The notes below the pieces were generated by a model. That model did not search any database. It had not been told where the DNA came from and was given only the letters and a program-made list of their open reading frames with translations. A DNA stretch of 63,278 bases, the filler included, from Reclinomonas americana ATCC 50394 (taxonomy: Eukaryota): assembly GCA_048213135.1 (NCBI GenBank). It is 17 parts of 17 records of this genome, joined end to end, with 100 filler letters (N's around TTAATTAATTAA, not from the genome) between each part and the next. Parts side by side here need not be neighbours in the genome. Positions count along the whole stretch, not along the records: positions 15,287 to 16,798 come from AFZH01023129.1; positions 16,899 to 30,140 come from AFZH01023130.1; 15 more parts are not named here. One strand, given 5' to 3'. The translations under genes were made by a program, and so were the position numbers. This document shows, in pieces, positions 16,387-29,292 of this stretch (positions are counted from its first letter, which is position 1; each line of letters starts with the position of its first letter).

Positions 16387-16928
16387 CTCTAACAACACAG
16401 CACACATGCAAGAAGAGAGAGTGAGAGAGTGGGGGGAGAGTGGGGGAGAGAGAGACATGTCGCTTTGGTGGTGGTGGCGCATAAGGAGCGAGTGTGCGTG
16501 TGAGTGTGGATGCAGTGTGAGACAAGTCAACCTGCGGCGCTGATGGGATCCGTGACGCTGCTCATCAGCTGGAGACTTGAATAGTGAGGAACGTCGCGAG
16601 TGGGACTGTACAGTGCGACGTCGTATGCATGAGTTTCTTTTGTCTTGTCGGAGGGTGAATGCAGAACGAGTGGGGCGCGAGCCCGGCTACACAACCGCAC
16701 CTCTAGCTAAACTTTTGCCGCAAGCTATTGACGGAATCGCGCAGCAATGAGTGTCATCTGCAGCTGCAGATCCGGAATATATATACTATATCTGTGGCNN
16801 NNNNNNNNNNNNNNNNNNNNNNNNNNNNNNNNNNNNNNNNNNTTAATTAATTAANNNNNNNNNNNNNNNNNNNNNNNNNNNNNNNNNNNNNNNNNNNNCA
16901 CATGTTTTGCACTTGCAAAACACAGTCA

Positions 16929-19900
16929 TCAAGGGCTCACGGCGGCCGCAGCCGACGGTGGCGCCAGCACAATCGTGTGATATCCGTACTCGTCTCCCGA
17001 GTCGAAACGGGTGATGGACGTGCGACAGAGTGGGCACTCGCCGCGTCGCTCGACAACTTGCTGCGCACAGTTGCGGCACATCACCTCGTGGCCGCACGGA
17101 CGCAATCGAGTGTCGCGCACATCGTAACAGAGAACGCAGGCGCGACGGCACGACAACGCAGTGAGATCGCGCATCTCCGTCACCAGTTCGTCGGCACTCG
17201 GGCGGCGGTTAGGTCGATAGTCGACGCAGCTGTTTCTCGAATCATGAGGGACGACCTACACAGTGCGCGTATGCAACGGGGCTGATGCTTACTACTCACC
17301 GCATGGCCAAGCGCACAAGACGGCGACAGACGGATGTGGGCCATTCTCGGCCGACCGCGGTGTCGGCCAGCTGCACAGCGGACTCATCGAGTTTCGCCGC
17401 GTCGTCGTCCTCCACCATCGCCTCGATCCACTTGTGTACCTCGGCAATTGGCTGACCGGAGAACAGCGCAGAATGCCACGCAGTGCCTGCGGATCGGCAT
17501 AGTTGTGGTCGCCTGCAAACTGCACCGAGAGGTGTGTCTGCTTGTCGCCACACCCCCATGATGAGGACATTATCGGTGGGAAGACGAGGGACAGGAAAGG
17601 AGACTCACCCCGCCGGTGCGGAACCAGTGCGCGATTCCCAGGTCCGAGATGCATGCCTGACCCCGCTCGTCAAACAGAATGTTGGCTGGCTTCAGGTCGC
17701 GGTGAATGACTGCGAATCATGGTTATCAAGCGAGGTCAATCACTCACAACCGAGTTCACGGAGACTCACCATTCTGGGTGAAGGCGAGAACAGAATGCAG
17801 TGACAGTGAGAGGGAAGGAGAGTGAGAAACGAAGTCAACAGCAAGCTGCACAACGACACCACAAACCATCCTGTACAACAAGAAGAAAGGATGAGAAACG
17901 ACCACATGCACCTGACTTCTTATTGCAGCAGCTGCCTCACCTGTGCAATGCCGCCACGATCTCCGAACAACGAAGCAAACATGTCATCCGTTCCTCAATG
18001 GCCATGACAGGCAATCCGAGCGCTTGATACTCCAACAACCGGTGCTCGAGGTTGTGCTCACTTGTCAATGATCGAGCGAAGAACAGCACATCAGCAACAA
18101 CGAATCAAAAGAACTGCATGTGACCAACACCAACCTCATGGCCTCCAGCACAATGCACTTTTCTCCACGGTCCGATTCGGCGAAGCCAATCATGCGCACC
18201 ACACCAGGCACCGTCACACTCTTCAGTTTCTCCAACTGCATTCCAGCAAGTTACGATAAACACACAGGGGGATGATCACCTGGTCTCCGCACACACGCAG
18301 TGCTCACCTCATTGGAAAACGACTCAATGCACCACGGCGCATCGCTGTCGAACACCTTGACGGCCACCTGCTGCTCCTTCCATGTGCCAGAAAACACGCT
18401 CCCTTGTCCGCCCGTGCCAAGACGACGAGCAAAGCCATTTGTCATGGCGCCGATTTGCTCCCAGGTGAACGCCGTGAGCGGAACTGTAGTACTGCTGGTC
18501 AGCGAAGAAACGCACAAGCAGTCTTTGCAACACACTCAGTCGTGCTCACCACGATGGTTGAGCTCGTGCTGCGCGGTGGCCAAGTCTGCGGCCAGTCGCT
18601 TTGCGCGGTCGTATTCTTGCTGGCGTTGCTCGTCCATTCGCTCCAAGGAGACGCGAAGAGCCGCACATTCCTCACGCAAGCGCTGGATAGCGGCCTCTTC
18701 CTGCGGTTGCCCATGCGCCCTCTGCTCCTCCAGCTCCTGCTGCAGGCGCGCAACGTTCGCTGCGCTTGCGCGATCGGCCGCTTGTGGAGCCTCCAATTGC
18801 GCGGTCAACTGCTCGACTCGCTGTCGCTGCTCCTCCGCCTCGCGTCGCGATTGCGTAACGGTGGCCTCGTGTCGCTGCACCAGCTGCTGCGCTGCATCCA
18901 CTTGGGCGGCCCGCTCGCGGACCGCCGCCTGTTGCTCTTCCACCTCGCGCGGCGGTTGCGCGATGGTTCCTTCGTGCTGCTGCGTCGTCGCCCGCTGTAG
19001 CGCGAGGACACGCTGCAGCTGGGCAATGGTGGCCTGTGATTGCGACTGCTGGCTGCGAAGCGTGGTCACCTCCTGCGTCTGCCGCTGCACGAGGCGCTGC
19101 TGCTCGGTCAAGTCGTGTTGCAGTTGTGCGTTTGCTGCCTCCGGCTGCTGCTCGCGGGCCGAGTTCACCGGTGGCGGCTGGTTGGTGCACAGAGAGGTCA
19201 GTGTTGGGCAGGCATCGGCACTTGTCGAGATTCTCTCACCGGAAAATGCACTGGTGGTGAAGCCGATGCAAAAAACGCAGAGGAACCTGTAGTGGCGGAT
19301 GAACAACAAGAGTGTTGAGGATGAATTAAAAGAGTGCGTCACAGACGTACCAGATGGGGAAGTTATTGAAAAAACCTTGCGGAGTGTCGCAAGGGCTGCG
19401 AAGGCGCTGATTATACGGTCGGCAGTACGCATGGTGGCTTCGCGGTCCGGTCCCAGCTCGCGACGACGCAGTGGCAACACCTCGAAGACATCCAACGCCT
19501 CCTCCAGATCCAACCCGCCTGCTCTGGCCACCGCCGTTGCCATGATTTGCATGCTCACCAGCCAGTCCAGGTGATCCTTGTCGACCAGCAATTCAACCTT
19601 CCGGCGCAAAATGTCGCGCATAATCCGAATCGACTCCTCGCACTCCTTGTTGTCATCGAGCGCCTGTGCCAAGTGGTGCCACGTATTCAACGCATCCTCG
19701 ACGTCCTCCTTGGCCCCATAGCGCTCCTGCTTCTCCGCCGTGTCACGCAGAAGTGGAATGGCCTCGCGATGCCGCCCGAGCTGCCACAGCGCATTGCCCA
19801 TGCTGGAAGCCACAATCAATGTCTCCTTGTGAGTCGCACCCGACACGCGCTTTTTCCTCTCCAGCACATCCTCGAACACCGGCAATGCGCTCTGCGCATC

Positions 19901-20239
19901 TCCCGAATTCAAGAGTGCATTCGCGTAGTTGTGTGCACACGCAAGAGTCCATGCATCATCGGGGCCGCGCAAGTCCTCAAAGTCTCGCATGCAGCGAGCG
20001 AGGAGAGGTGCCGCGGTGGCATAGTCACCACTGCGGCAGTGCCGTCGGGCCTCATCGTACTGCCGCTTGACCTCCTCGAAAGTCGGCGCATCACGACCTT
20101 CGCTCCGTTCACCGTCGGGGCTGCGCATGTCCTCAAAATCTCGCCAGCAGGTACCATACAGGCGCGCGGCGGCGGCATAGTCACCACTGTGTAAAAGCTG
20201 CAGGGCCTCATCATTGACCTCCGCGAAAGTCCGACGCAT
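16929..20239 (-). pseudogene. TPR-coiled coil-RLK/Pelle-like kinase-RING, copy 1 (frameshifted)
   Basis: Same exon structure as copies 2 and 3 and HRD intact. A 43-nt deletion near 17467 removes PSADVYCLGLILLQ (subdomain IX) and shifts the frame. Confidence 0.82.
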
Positions 20240-21161
20240 GACCTCCGCGCTCCGACGCAAGACGACTCGCCTGTCGGACAACGATGCATTGTGGCGGACA
20301 GCAAACTTCCTGTGGTTGTTGCCCCCTTATTACACACTGTATGCACTGCAATATCCAAACTCTTTACGCAGATCACGCGAGGGGTGTGGAAGAAGTGTTC
20401 ATGCAGTCCAATGCAAGATGATCGACGTCGATCGCGATCGCGAGTCTGCTCACGTCGCTTCGTTGAGACAGCGAGCGACGTCGTTCCCATTCTATGCAAT
20501 GCTTGGATATTATCGAAACAGTTGCCGTCGGTCTTGCCTGCCAACAAATATGTTTGAGATCCTGTTCTTGCCAGATCGCCACAACACCCACTCGCCATCA
20601 TCCTTCGCCGCCACAGAAAATCGCTCTCACGGTCTTGCCTAGTCGCATGCTCATATGTCACCGGCGACCAGTTGCTGTCGCGCGTTCGTCTCCCTCGATC
20701 GCTCACGATCTTGCTGCGCTCTCTGCATGCAAGTCTCTTTCGATCGCTGAGTCGAGAAAGCGAAAACTGTGGAGTATAGCATAGGTCTCTTCATCGATTG
20801 ACAATAATGTCTCGTGCATGTGCACCTTTACCTCGCGTGCATTCAGCCTCCCTCGTTCGCACCTCACGATCGTGTTCCTCTCGCACGCACTGCGATCTTC
20901 ACTCGCCATATCGCAGCCTCTCTCACTCAGACTCTCCAGAGTCTCTGCACCTGTGCACTCCCTATTTTCGATCGCTCTTTGAGGGCCAAAGAGAAAGAGT
21001 GAAAGGGGAGAAATACTGGTCATCTCCATCGATACAGCCCCACAGCTTCTTGCTTGATCGCTCCTCACACTCTCCCTTCTTTATCCCTCTCTCTCCTCTC
21101 GCTCCCTCTTCCCTTCTTGCGCACACAATCACAATCTCCATCGGCCGATCTGACTTGTCAG

Positions 21162-21290
21162 TGCCACTACGCCTGTAACAACAACTACCCGGCCGTGGCC
21201 GCTGGCACTTACCTCGGCAACGGCAACTGCTGCGGCAGCTGCAGCGGTCCCACTTGCAGCCAGTCTCCCTCTGACAGCTGCACGCAGTAG
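21162..21290 (+). other. Orphan Cys-rich terminal exon (42 aa, 7 Cys)
   Basis: ctgacttgtcag acceptor, then CHYACNNNYPAVAAGTYLGNGNCCGSCSGPTCSQSPSDSCTQ*. A frameshifted paralog lies at 25681-25803. No upstream exon was identified. Confidence 0.55.
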
Positions 21291-21358
21291 ACGTGCACGT
21301 GTGATTCTTGCCGAATAAAATCTGTAAATACATGTCTTGCACTTGCAAAACACAGTCA

Positions 21359-24300
21359 TCACGGGCTCACAGCTGCCGCAGCCGACGGTGGCGCCAGCAC
21401 AATCGTGTGATAACCGTACTCGTCTCCCGAGTCGAAACGGGTGATGGACGTGCGACAGAGAGGGCACTCGCCGCGCCGTTCGAGCACTTGCTGTGCACAG
21501 TTGCGGCACAACACCTCGTGGCCGCACGGACGCAGTCGAGTGTCGCGCACATCGTAACAGAGAATGCAAGCGCGACGGCATGACAACGCAGTGAGATCGC
21601 GCATCTCCGTCACCAGTTCGTCGGCACTCGGGCGGCGATTGGGTCGATAATCGACACAGCTGTCTCTCGAATCATGAGCGACGACCTACGCAGTGCAAAC
21701 AAGCACGGGGCTGATGCATTCTCACCGCATGGCCAACCGCACCAGACGGCGACAGACGGATATGGGCCATTCCCGGCCAACTGCGGTGTCGGCCAGTAGC
21801 ACAGCGGCCTCATCGAGTCTCGCCGCGTCGTCGTCCTCCACCATCGCCTCGATCCACTTGTGTACCTCGGCAATCGGCTGACCGGAGAACAGTTGCAGCA
21901 GAATGAGTCCAAGGCAGTACACGTCGGCAGTTGGGTGCAGAATGCCACGCAGTGCCTGTGGATCGGCATAGTTGGGGTCGCCGGCAAACTGCACCGAGAG
22001 GTGTGTCTGCTTGTCGCCACACCCGTGAGGACATTCTCGGTGAGCAGGCGAGGGAAAGAGAGTGCATACTCACCCCGCCGGTGCGGAACCAGTGCGCGAT
22101 TCCCAGGTCCGAGATGCATGCCTGACCACGCTCGTCAAACAGGATGTTGGCCGGCTTCAAGTTTCGGTGAATGACTGCGAATCATGGTGAATAAGCGACG
22201 AGGTGACATCACTCACAACCGAGTTCACGGAGACTCACCATTCTGGGTGAAGGCGAGAGAACAGAATGCAGTGACAGTGAGAGGGAAGGAGAGTGAGAAA
22301 CGAAGTCAACAGCAAGCTGCACAACGACACCACAAACCATCCTGTACAACAAGAAGACACGATGAGAAACGAGCACATGCACCTGACTTCCCACTTCACC
22401 AGCTGCCTCACCTATGCAATGCCGCCACGATCTCCGAGCACCGAAGCAAGCATGTCATCCGTTCCTCAATGGCCATGACGGGCAATCTGAGTGCTTGATA
22501 CTCCAACAACCGGTGCTCGAGGTTGTGCTCGCTTGAGAATGATCGAGAGAAGAACCGCACATCAGCAACAAACGAGCCAGAAGAACTGCATGCAACCGAG
22601 AGAATTCGATATCCACCAACCTCATGGCTTCCAGCACAATGCACTTTTCTCCACGGTCTGACTCGGCGAAGCCGATCATGCGTACCACACCAGGTACAGT
22701 CACACTCTTCAGTTTCTCCAACTGTACCCAGCAAGAAGCGATAAACACACATGCGATGATCACCTGGTCTCCCCACACGCAGCGCTCACCTCATTGGAGA
22801 ACGACTCGATGCACCACGGCGCATCGCTGTCGAACACCTTGACGGCCACCTGCTGCTCCATCCATGTGCCAGAAAACACGCTCCCTTGTCCACCCGTGCC
22901 AAGACGACGCGCAAAGCCATTTGTCATGGCGCCGATTTGCTCCCAGGTAAAGGCCGTGAGCGGAACTGGAAGGTTGCTGGTCAGTAGCGGCTCACAAGCA
23001 ATTATCGCCACACACTCACTTATACTCACCACGATGGTTGAGCTCGTGTTGCGCGGCGGCCAAATCAGCGGCCAGTCGCTGTGCACGGTCGTATTCTTGC
23101 TGCCGCTGCTCGTCCATTCGCTCCAGGGAGACTCGAAGAGCCGCACATTCCTCACGCAGGCGCTGGATAGCGGCCTCTTCCTGCGGTTGCCCATGCGCCC
23201 TCTGCTCCTCCAGCTCCTGCTGCAGGCGCGCAACGTTCGCTGCGCTTGCGCGATCGGCCGCTTGTGGAGCCTCCAATTGCGCGGTCAACTGCCCGACTCG
23301 CTGTCGCTGCTCCTCCGCCTCGCGCCGCAATTGCGCAACGGTGGCCTCGTGTCGCTGCACCAGCTGCTGCGCTGCATCCACTTGGGCGGCCCGCTCGCGG
23401 ACCGCCGCCTGTTGCTCTTCCACCTCGCGCGGCGGTTGCGCGACGGTTCCTTCGTGCTGCTGTGTCGTCGCCCGCTGTAGCGCGAGGACACGCTGCAGCT
23501 GGGCAATGGTGGCCTGTGATTGCGACTGCTGGCTGCGAAGCGTGGTCACCTCCTGCGTCTGCCGCTGCACGAGGCGCTGCTGCTCGGTCAAGTCGTGTTG
23601 TTGTTGTGCGTTTGCTGCCTCCAGCTGCTGCTCGCGGACCGAGTTCACCGGTGGCGGCTGGTTGGTGCACAGAGAGGTCAGTGTTGGGCAGGCATCGGCA
23701 CTTGTCGAGATTCTCTCACCGGAAAATGCACTGGTGGTGAAGCCGATGCAAAAAACGCAGAGGAACCTGCAGTGGCGGATGAACAACGAGTGTGGAGGAT
23801 GAATTAAAAGAGTGCGGCACAGACGTACCAGATGGGGAAGTTATTGAAAAAACCTTGCGGAGTGTCGCAAGGGCTGCGAAGGCGCTGATTATACGGTCGG
23901 CAGTACGCATGGTGGCTTCGCGGTCCGGTCCCAACTCGCGACGACGCAGTGGCAACACCTCGAAGACATCCAACGCCTCCTCCAGATCCAACCCGCCTGC
24001 TCTGGCCACCGCCGTTGCCATGATTTGCATGCTCACCAGCCAGTCCAGGTGATCCTTGTCGACCAGCAATTCAACCTTCCGGCGCAAAATGTCGCGCATA
24101 ATCCGAATCGACTCCTCGCACTCCTTGTTGTCATCGAGCGCCTGTGCCAAGTGGTGCCACGTATTCAACGCATCCTCGACGTCCTCCTTGGCCCCATAGC
24201 GCTCCTGCTTCTCCGCCGTGTCGCGCAGCAACGCAATGGCCTCGCGATGCCGCCCGACCTGCCTCAGCGCATTGCCCATGCTGGAAGCCGCAATCAATGT

Positions 24301-24708
24301 CTCCTTGTGAGTCGCACCCGACACGCGCTTTTTCCTCTCCAGCACATCCTCGAACACCGGCAATGCGCTCTGCGCATCTCCCGAATTCAAGAGTGCATTC
24401 GCGTAGTTGTGCGCACACGCAAGAGTCCATGCATCATCGGGGCCGCGCAAGTCCTCAAAGTCTCGCATGCAACGAGCGAGGAGAGGTGCCGCGGTGGCAT
24501 AGTCACCACTGCGGCAGTGCCGTTTGGCCTCATCGTACTGCTCCTCGAAAGTCGGCGCATCACGACCTTCGCTCCGTTCATCGTCGGGGCCGCGCATGTC
24601 CTCAAAATCTCGCCAGCAGGTACCATACAGGCGCGCGGCGGCGGCATAGTCACCACTGTGTAAAAGCTGCAGGGCCTCATCATTGACCTCCGCGAAAGTC
24701 CGACGCAT
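21359..24708 (-). CDS. TPR-coiled coil-RLK/Pelle-like pseudokinase-RING, copy 2
   Basis: Exons splice in frame. The catalytic loop reads IHRNLKPAN (CAC CGA AAC near 22161-22169). C-terminal CILC..PCGHEVLCRNC..CPLCR. Confidence 0.82.
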
Positions 24709-25865
24709 GACGACTCGACAGTCGGACAACAACATGAAGGACGATGCATTGTGGCGGACAGCAAACTTCCTGTGGTTGTTGCCCCCTTATTACACACTGC
24801 ATGCACTGCAATATCCAGACTCTTTGCGCAAATCACGCGGGATGTGGAAAAAGTGTTTGTGCAGTCCAGTGCATGACGATCGCGATCGTCGACGGCGAGT
24901 ACTACGTCTGCTCATGTTGTGTCGTTGCGACAGCTCTCGGCGAAAGAATCCACCAACTACGCAATGCATGGATATTATCGAAACAGTTGCCGTCGGTCTT
25001 TCCTCCCTCGATGTGCCATACCAAACATGTTTGAGATGCCAGATCTCCGCAGCGCGAACATGTTGCAACCAATCGCCAGCATCCCCACCACAGAAGCTCG
25101 ATCTCACACTCTTTCCTGGTCGCTTGTTCATATCTCACTGGCGATCATTTACTGTCACCCGTAGTCTCCCTCGATCGCTCGCGTGCACCACAATGTCTTG
25201 CGTGTGTTCTCTGCATGCAAGTCTCTTTCGCTGAGTTGAGAGAGTGAAAACTGTGGTGTAGAGCAGAGGGAGTCTCCATCTATCGACCATAAAGTCTCGT
25301 GCATGTGCTCCTTTATCTCTTCCCTTCAGCCTCCCTCGTTCGCACCTAGCTTGACGATACTCTCGCGCGCACTGCAATGTTCACTCGCCATATCGCAGCC
25401 TCTCTCACTCAGTTCCCCTCGCACTGTAACGCAGTCTCTATGCCTGTGCACTCCCTATTTGCCTTTCCTCGATTGCTTTTTTGCACTATGATTGGGTGCC
25501 AGAGAGAAAGAGAGAAAGGGGAGAGAATGAGGCGCGATGAAGAGAGGGAGAGATACTGATCATGTCTCTACAGCCTCACAGCTTCTTGCTTGATCGCTTC
25601 ACTCTCTCCCTTCTTTATCCCTCCCTCTCCCCTTCTTGCGCACACAATCACAGTCTTTATCAGCCGATCTGACTTACCAGTGCCACACTACGCCTGCAAC
25701 AACTGCGCTTCTGTGGCCGCTGACACTCACCTCGGCAACGGCAACTGCTGCGACAGCTACAGTGGTGCCACCTGCAGTCAGTCTCCCTCTGACAGGTTGC
25801 ATAACAGACGTGATTCTTGTCAAGATGAAATCTGTAATTACATGTTCTGCTTGTTAACACAGTCA

Positions 25866-28800
25866 TCACGGGCTCACAGCTGCCGCAGCAGACGGTGGCG
25901 CCAGCACAATCGTGTGATAACCGTACTCGTCTCCCGAGTCGAAACGGGCGACCGCAGTGCGACAGAGAGGGCACTCGCCGCGCCGTTCAAGCACTTGCTG
26001 CGCACAGTTGCGGCACATCACCTCGTGGCCGCACGGACGCAGTCGAGTGTCGCGCACATCGTAACAGAGAACGCAGGCGCGACGGCACGACAATGCAGTC
26101 AGATCGCGCATCTCCGTCACCAGGTCGTCGGCACTCGGGCGGCGATTGGGTCGATGGTCGACGCAGCTGCAGCACCTCGAATCATGAGGGACGACCTACG
26201 CAATGCTGATATGCAACGGGGCTGATGCTTACTACTCACCGCATGGCCAATCGCACAAGACGGCGACAGACGGACGTCGGCCATTCCCGACCGACCGCGG
26301 TGTCGGCCAGTAGCACAGCGGCCTCATCGAGTCTCGCCACGTCGTCGTCCTCCACCATTGCCTCGATCCATTTGTGTACCTCGGCAATTGGCTGACCGGA
26401 GAACAGTTGCAGCAGAATGAGCCCGAGGCAGTACACGTCGGCACTCGGGCGCAGAATGCCACGCAGCGCCTGTGGATCGGCATAGTTGTGGTCGCCGGCA
26501 AACTGCACCGACAGGTGTGTCTGCTTGTCGCCACACACCCGTGAGGACATAATCGGTGGGAATGTGAAGGACGGGAGCGTGCACACTCACCCCGCCGGTG
26601 CGGAACCAGTGCGCGATTCCCAGGTCCGAGATGCATGCCTGGCCGCGTTCATCAAACAGGATGTTGGCGGGCTTCAAGTCGCGATGAATGACTGCGAATC
26701 ATGGTTGACAAGCGAGGTAACAACACTCTCAACCGAGCACACGGAGACTCACCATTCTGGGTGAAGGCGAGAACAGAAAGCAGTGACAGTGAGAGAGATG
26801 GAGAGTGAGTGAGCAATATCATCACCAAGTTGCACAGCAGCAACACAAACCATCCTGCACAACAAGAAGAAACGATGAGAAACGAGCACATGCACCCGAC
26901 GTCCTGTTGCCTCACCTGTGCAACGCTGCCACGATCTCCGAGCATCGAAGCAAGCATGTCATCCGTTCTTCGATGGCCATGACGGGCAATCCGAGTGCTT
27001 GATACTCCAACAACCGGTGCTCGAGGTTGTGCTTGCTTGAGAATGATCGAGAGAAGAACAGCACATCAGCAACAAACGAACCAGAAGAATTGCATGTAAC
27101 CAAGAAAACTCGATCTCCACCAACCTCATGGCCTCCAGCACAATGCACTTTTCTCCGCGGTCTGACTCGGCGAAACCAATCATGCGTACCGCACCAGGCA
27201 CCGTCACACTCTTCAGTTTCTCCAACTGCACCCAGCAAGAAACGATAAACACACAGGGGGATGATCACCTGGTCTCCTCACACGAAGACTCTCACCTCAT
27301 TGGAGAACGACTCGATGCACCAAGGCGCGTCGCTGTCGAACACCTTGACGGCCACCTGCTGCTCCATCCACGTGCCAGAAAACACGCTCCCTTGTCCGCC
27401 CGTGCCAAGACGACGAGCGAAGCCATTTGTCATGGCGCCCACTTGCTCCCAGGTAAAGGCCGTGAGCGGAACTGCAAAACGCTGGTCAGCGGGCCGTGCA
27501 CAAGCAGTCTTTGCCACACACTCACTCTCACTCACCACGGTGGTTGAGCTCGTGCTGCGCGGCGGCCAAATCAGCGGCCAGTCGTTGTGCGCGGTCGTAT
27601 TCTTGCTGGCGCTTCTCGTCCATGCGCTCCAAAGAGACGCGAAGAGCCGCACATTCCTCGCGCAGGCGCTGGATAGCGGCCTCTTGCTGCGGTTGTCCAC
27701 GTGCCCTCTGCTCCTCCAGCTCCTGCTGCAGGAGTGCAACATTCGCTGCGCTTGCGCGACCGGCCTCTTGTGCTGCATCCAACTGAGCGGTCAGTTGCTC
27801 GACTCGCTGTCGTTGCCCCTCCGCCTCGCGCCGCAGTTGCGTGATGGTGGCCTCGTGTTGCTGCACCAGCTGCTGTGTTGCATTCATCTGCGTGGTCCTC
27901 TCGCGGATAGTGGCTTGATGTGTCTCCAGCTCGCGCCGCAGTTGCGCGATGGTGACCTCGTGTTGTCGCGCCTGGTGCTGTGCTGCCTCCACCTGGGCAG
28001 TCTGCTCGCGGATAGTGGCTTGCTGATCGTTCTTCTCGCGTTGCAGTTGCGCAATGGTGGCATCGCGACGCTGCACTTGCTGCTGCGCTGCATCCACTTG
28101 GGCGGCCCGCTCACGGACCGCTTCCTGTTGCTCTTCCACCTCGCGCGGCGGTTGTGCGACGGTTCCTTCGTGCTGCTGCGTCACCGCCAGCTGTTGCGCG
28201 AGGTCACGCTGCAGCTCGGCGATGGTGGCCTGCGACTGAGATTGCTGGTTGCGAAGGGCGGTCAGCTCCTGCGTCTGCCGCTGCACGAGGCGCTGCTGTT
28301 CGGCCACATGGCGTTGCAGTTGTGCGTTTGCTGCCTCCAGCTGCTGCTCGTGGCCCAGCGGCTGGTCGGTGCACAGAGAGGTCAGTGTTGGGTAAGCATT
28401 GGCACTTGTCAGTTTTCTCTCACCGGAGAACGCACTGGCGGAGGAGTGGATGCGGACGCAGAGGAAGCTGCAGTTGCGGATGATCAACGAGTGTGGAGGA
28501 TGAAACAAAAGAGTGCGTCACAGACGTACCGGATGGGGAAGACGTCGAAGAAGCCTTGAGGAGAGCGGCCAGCTTCGCGCGGGTGTTGGTAATGCCGTCG
28601 GCTGTGCTTTTGGTGTGTTCGTGGTTCGGCCCCATCACGCGGCGACGGAGTGTCAACACCTCCTCGAAGATCTCCAACGCCTCCTCCAGGTTGGCCAAGC
28701 CGCCTGCGTTGAACAGCGTCACTCCCATGTTATGCATGCTCGCCAGCGTGTCTGGGTGATCCTCGCCCAACACTTCACGACTCCGGAGCACAAGGTCGCG

Positions 28801-29292
28801 TGAAATCCGGATCGACTCCTCGCACTCCTTGTTGTCATCGAGCGCCTGTGCCAAGTGGTGCCACGTATACAACACATTCTGGACGTCCTCCTTGGCTCCG
28901 TAGCGCTCCTGCTTCTCCGCCGTGTCACGCAGCAATGCAATGGCCTCGCGATGCCGCCCGAGCCGCCTCAGTGCGTCGCCCATGCAGGAAGCCGTTTTCA
29001 ATGTCTCCTTGTGAGTCACACCCAACACGCGCTTCCTCCTCTCCAGCACATCCTCGTACACCGGCAATGCGCTCTGTGCATCTCCTGAATCCATGAGTGC
29101 AAGCGCGTACATGTATGCACACGCCATCGTCGACTCATTGTCGGGGCCGCGCAAGTCCTCAAAGTCTCTCCAGCAGGTTCCGAATAGGCGCGAGGCGGTG
29201 GCATAATCTCCGCCGTTAAAATGCTGCATGGCCTCATCGTACTGCTGCTTGATCTCCTCGAAAGTCCGCGCAAGACCTCCGCTCCGACGCAT
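25866..29292 (-). CDS. TPR-coiled coil-RLK/Pelle-like kinase-RING, copy 3 (HRD intact)
   Basis: 42-aa-type TPRs (LGEDHPDTLASMHNMG) and a Gln-rich coil. Kinase motifs: [81 protein letters not shown]3HC4 RING at the C-terminus. Confidence 0.88.

Noticed and set aside
18272..19292. Plus-strand Leu/Cys-rich ORFs over the coil exons (also 22794-23802, 27261-28559)
   Set aside because: Antisense shadows of GC-rich, CAG-rich coding sequence.
16929..29292. Diversity-generating retroelement acting on the TPR copies
   Set aside because: No reverse transcriptase or template/variable repeat pair; differences are not adenine-specific and the duplication includes introns.
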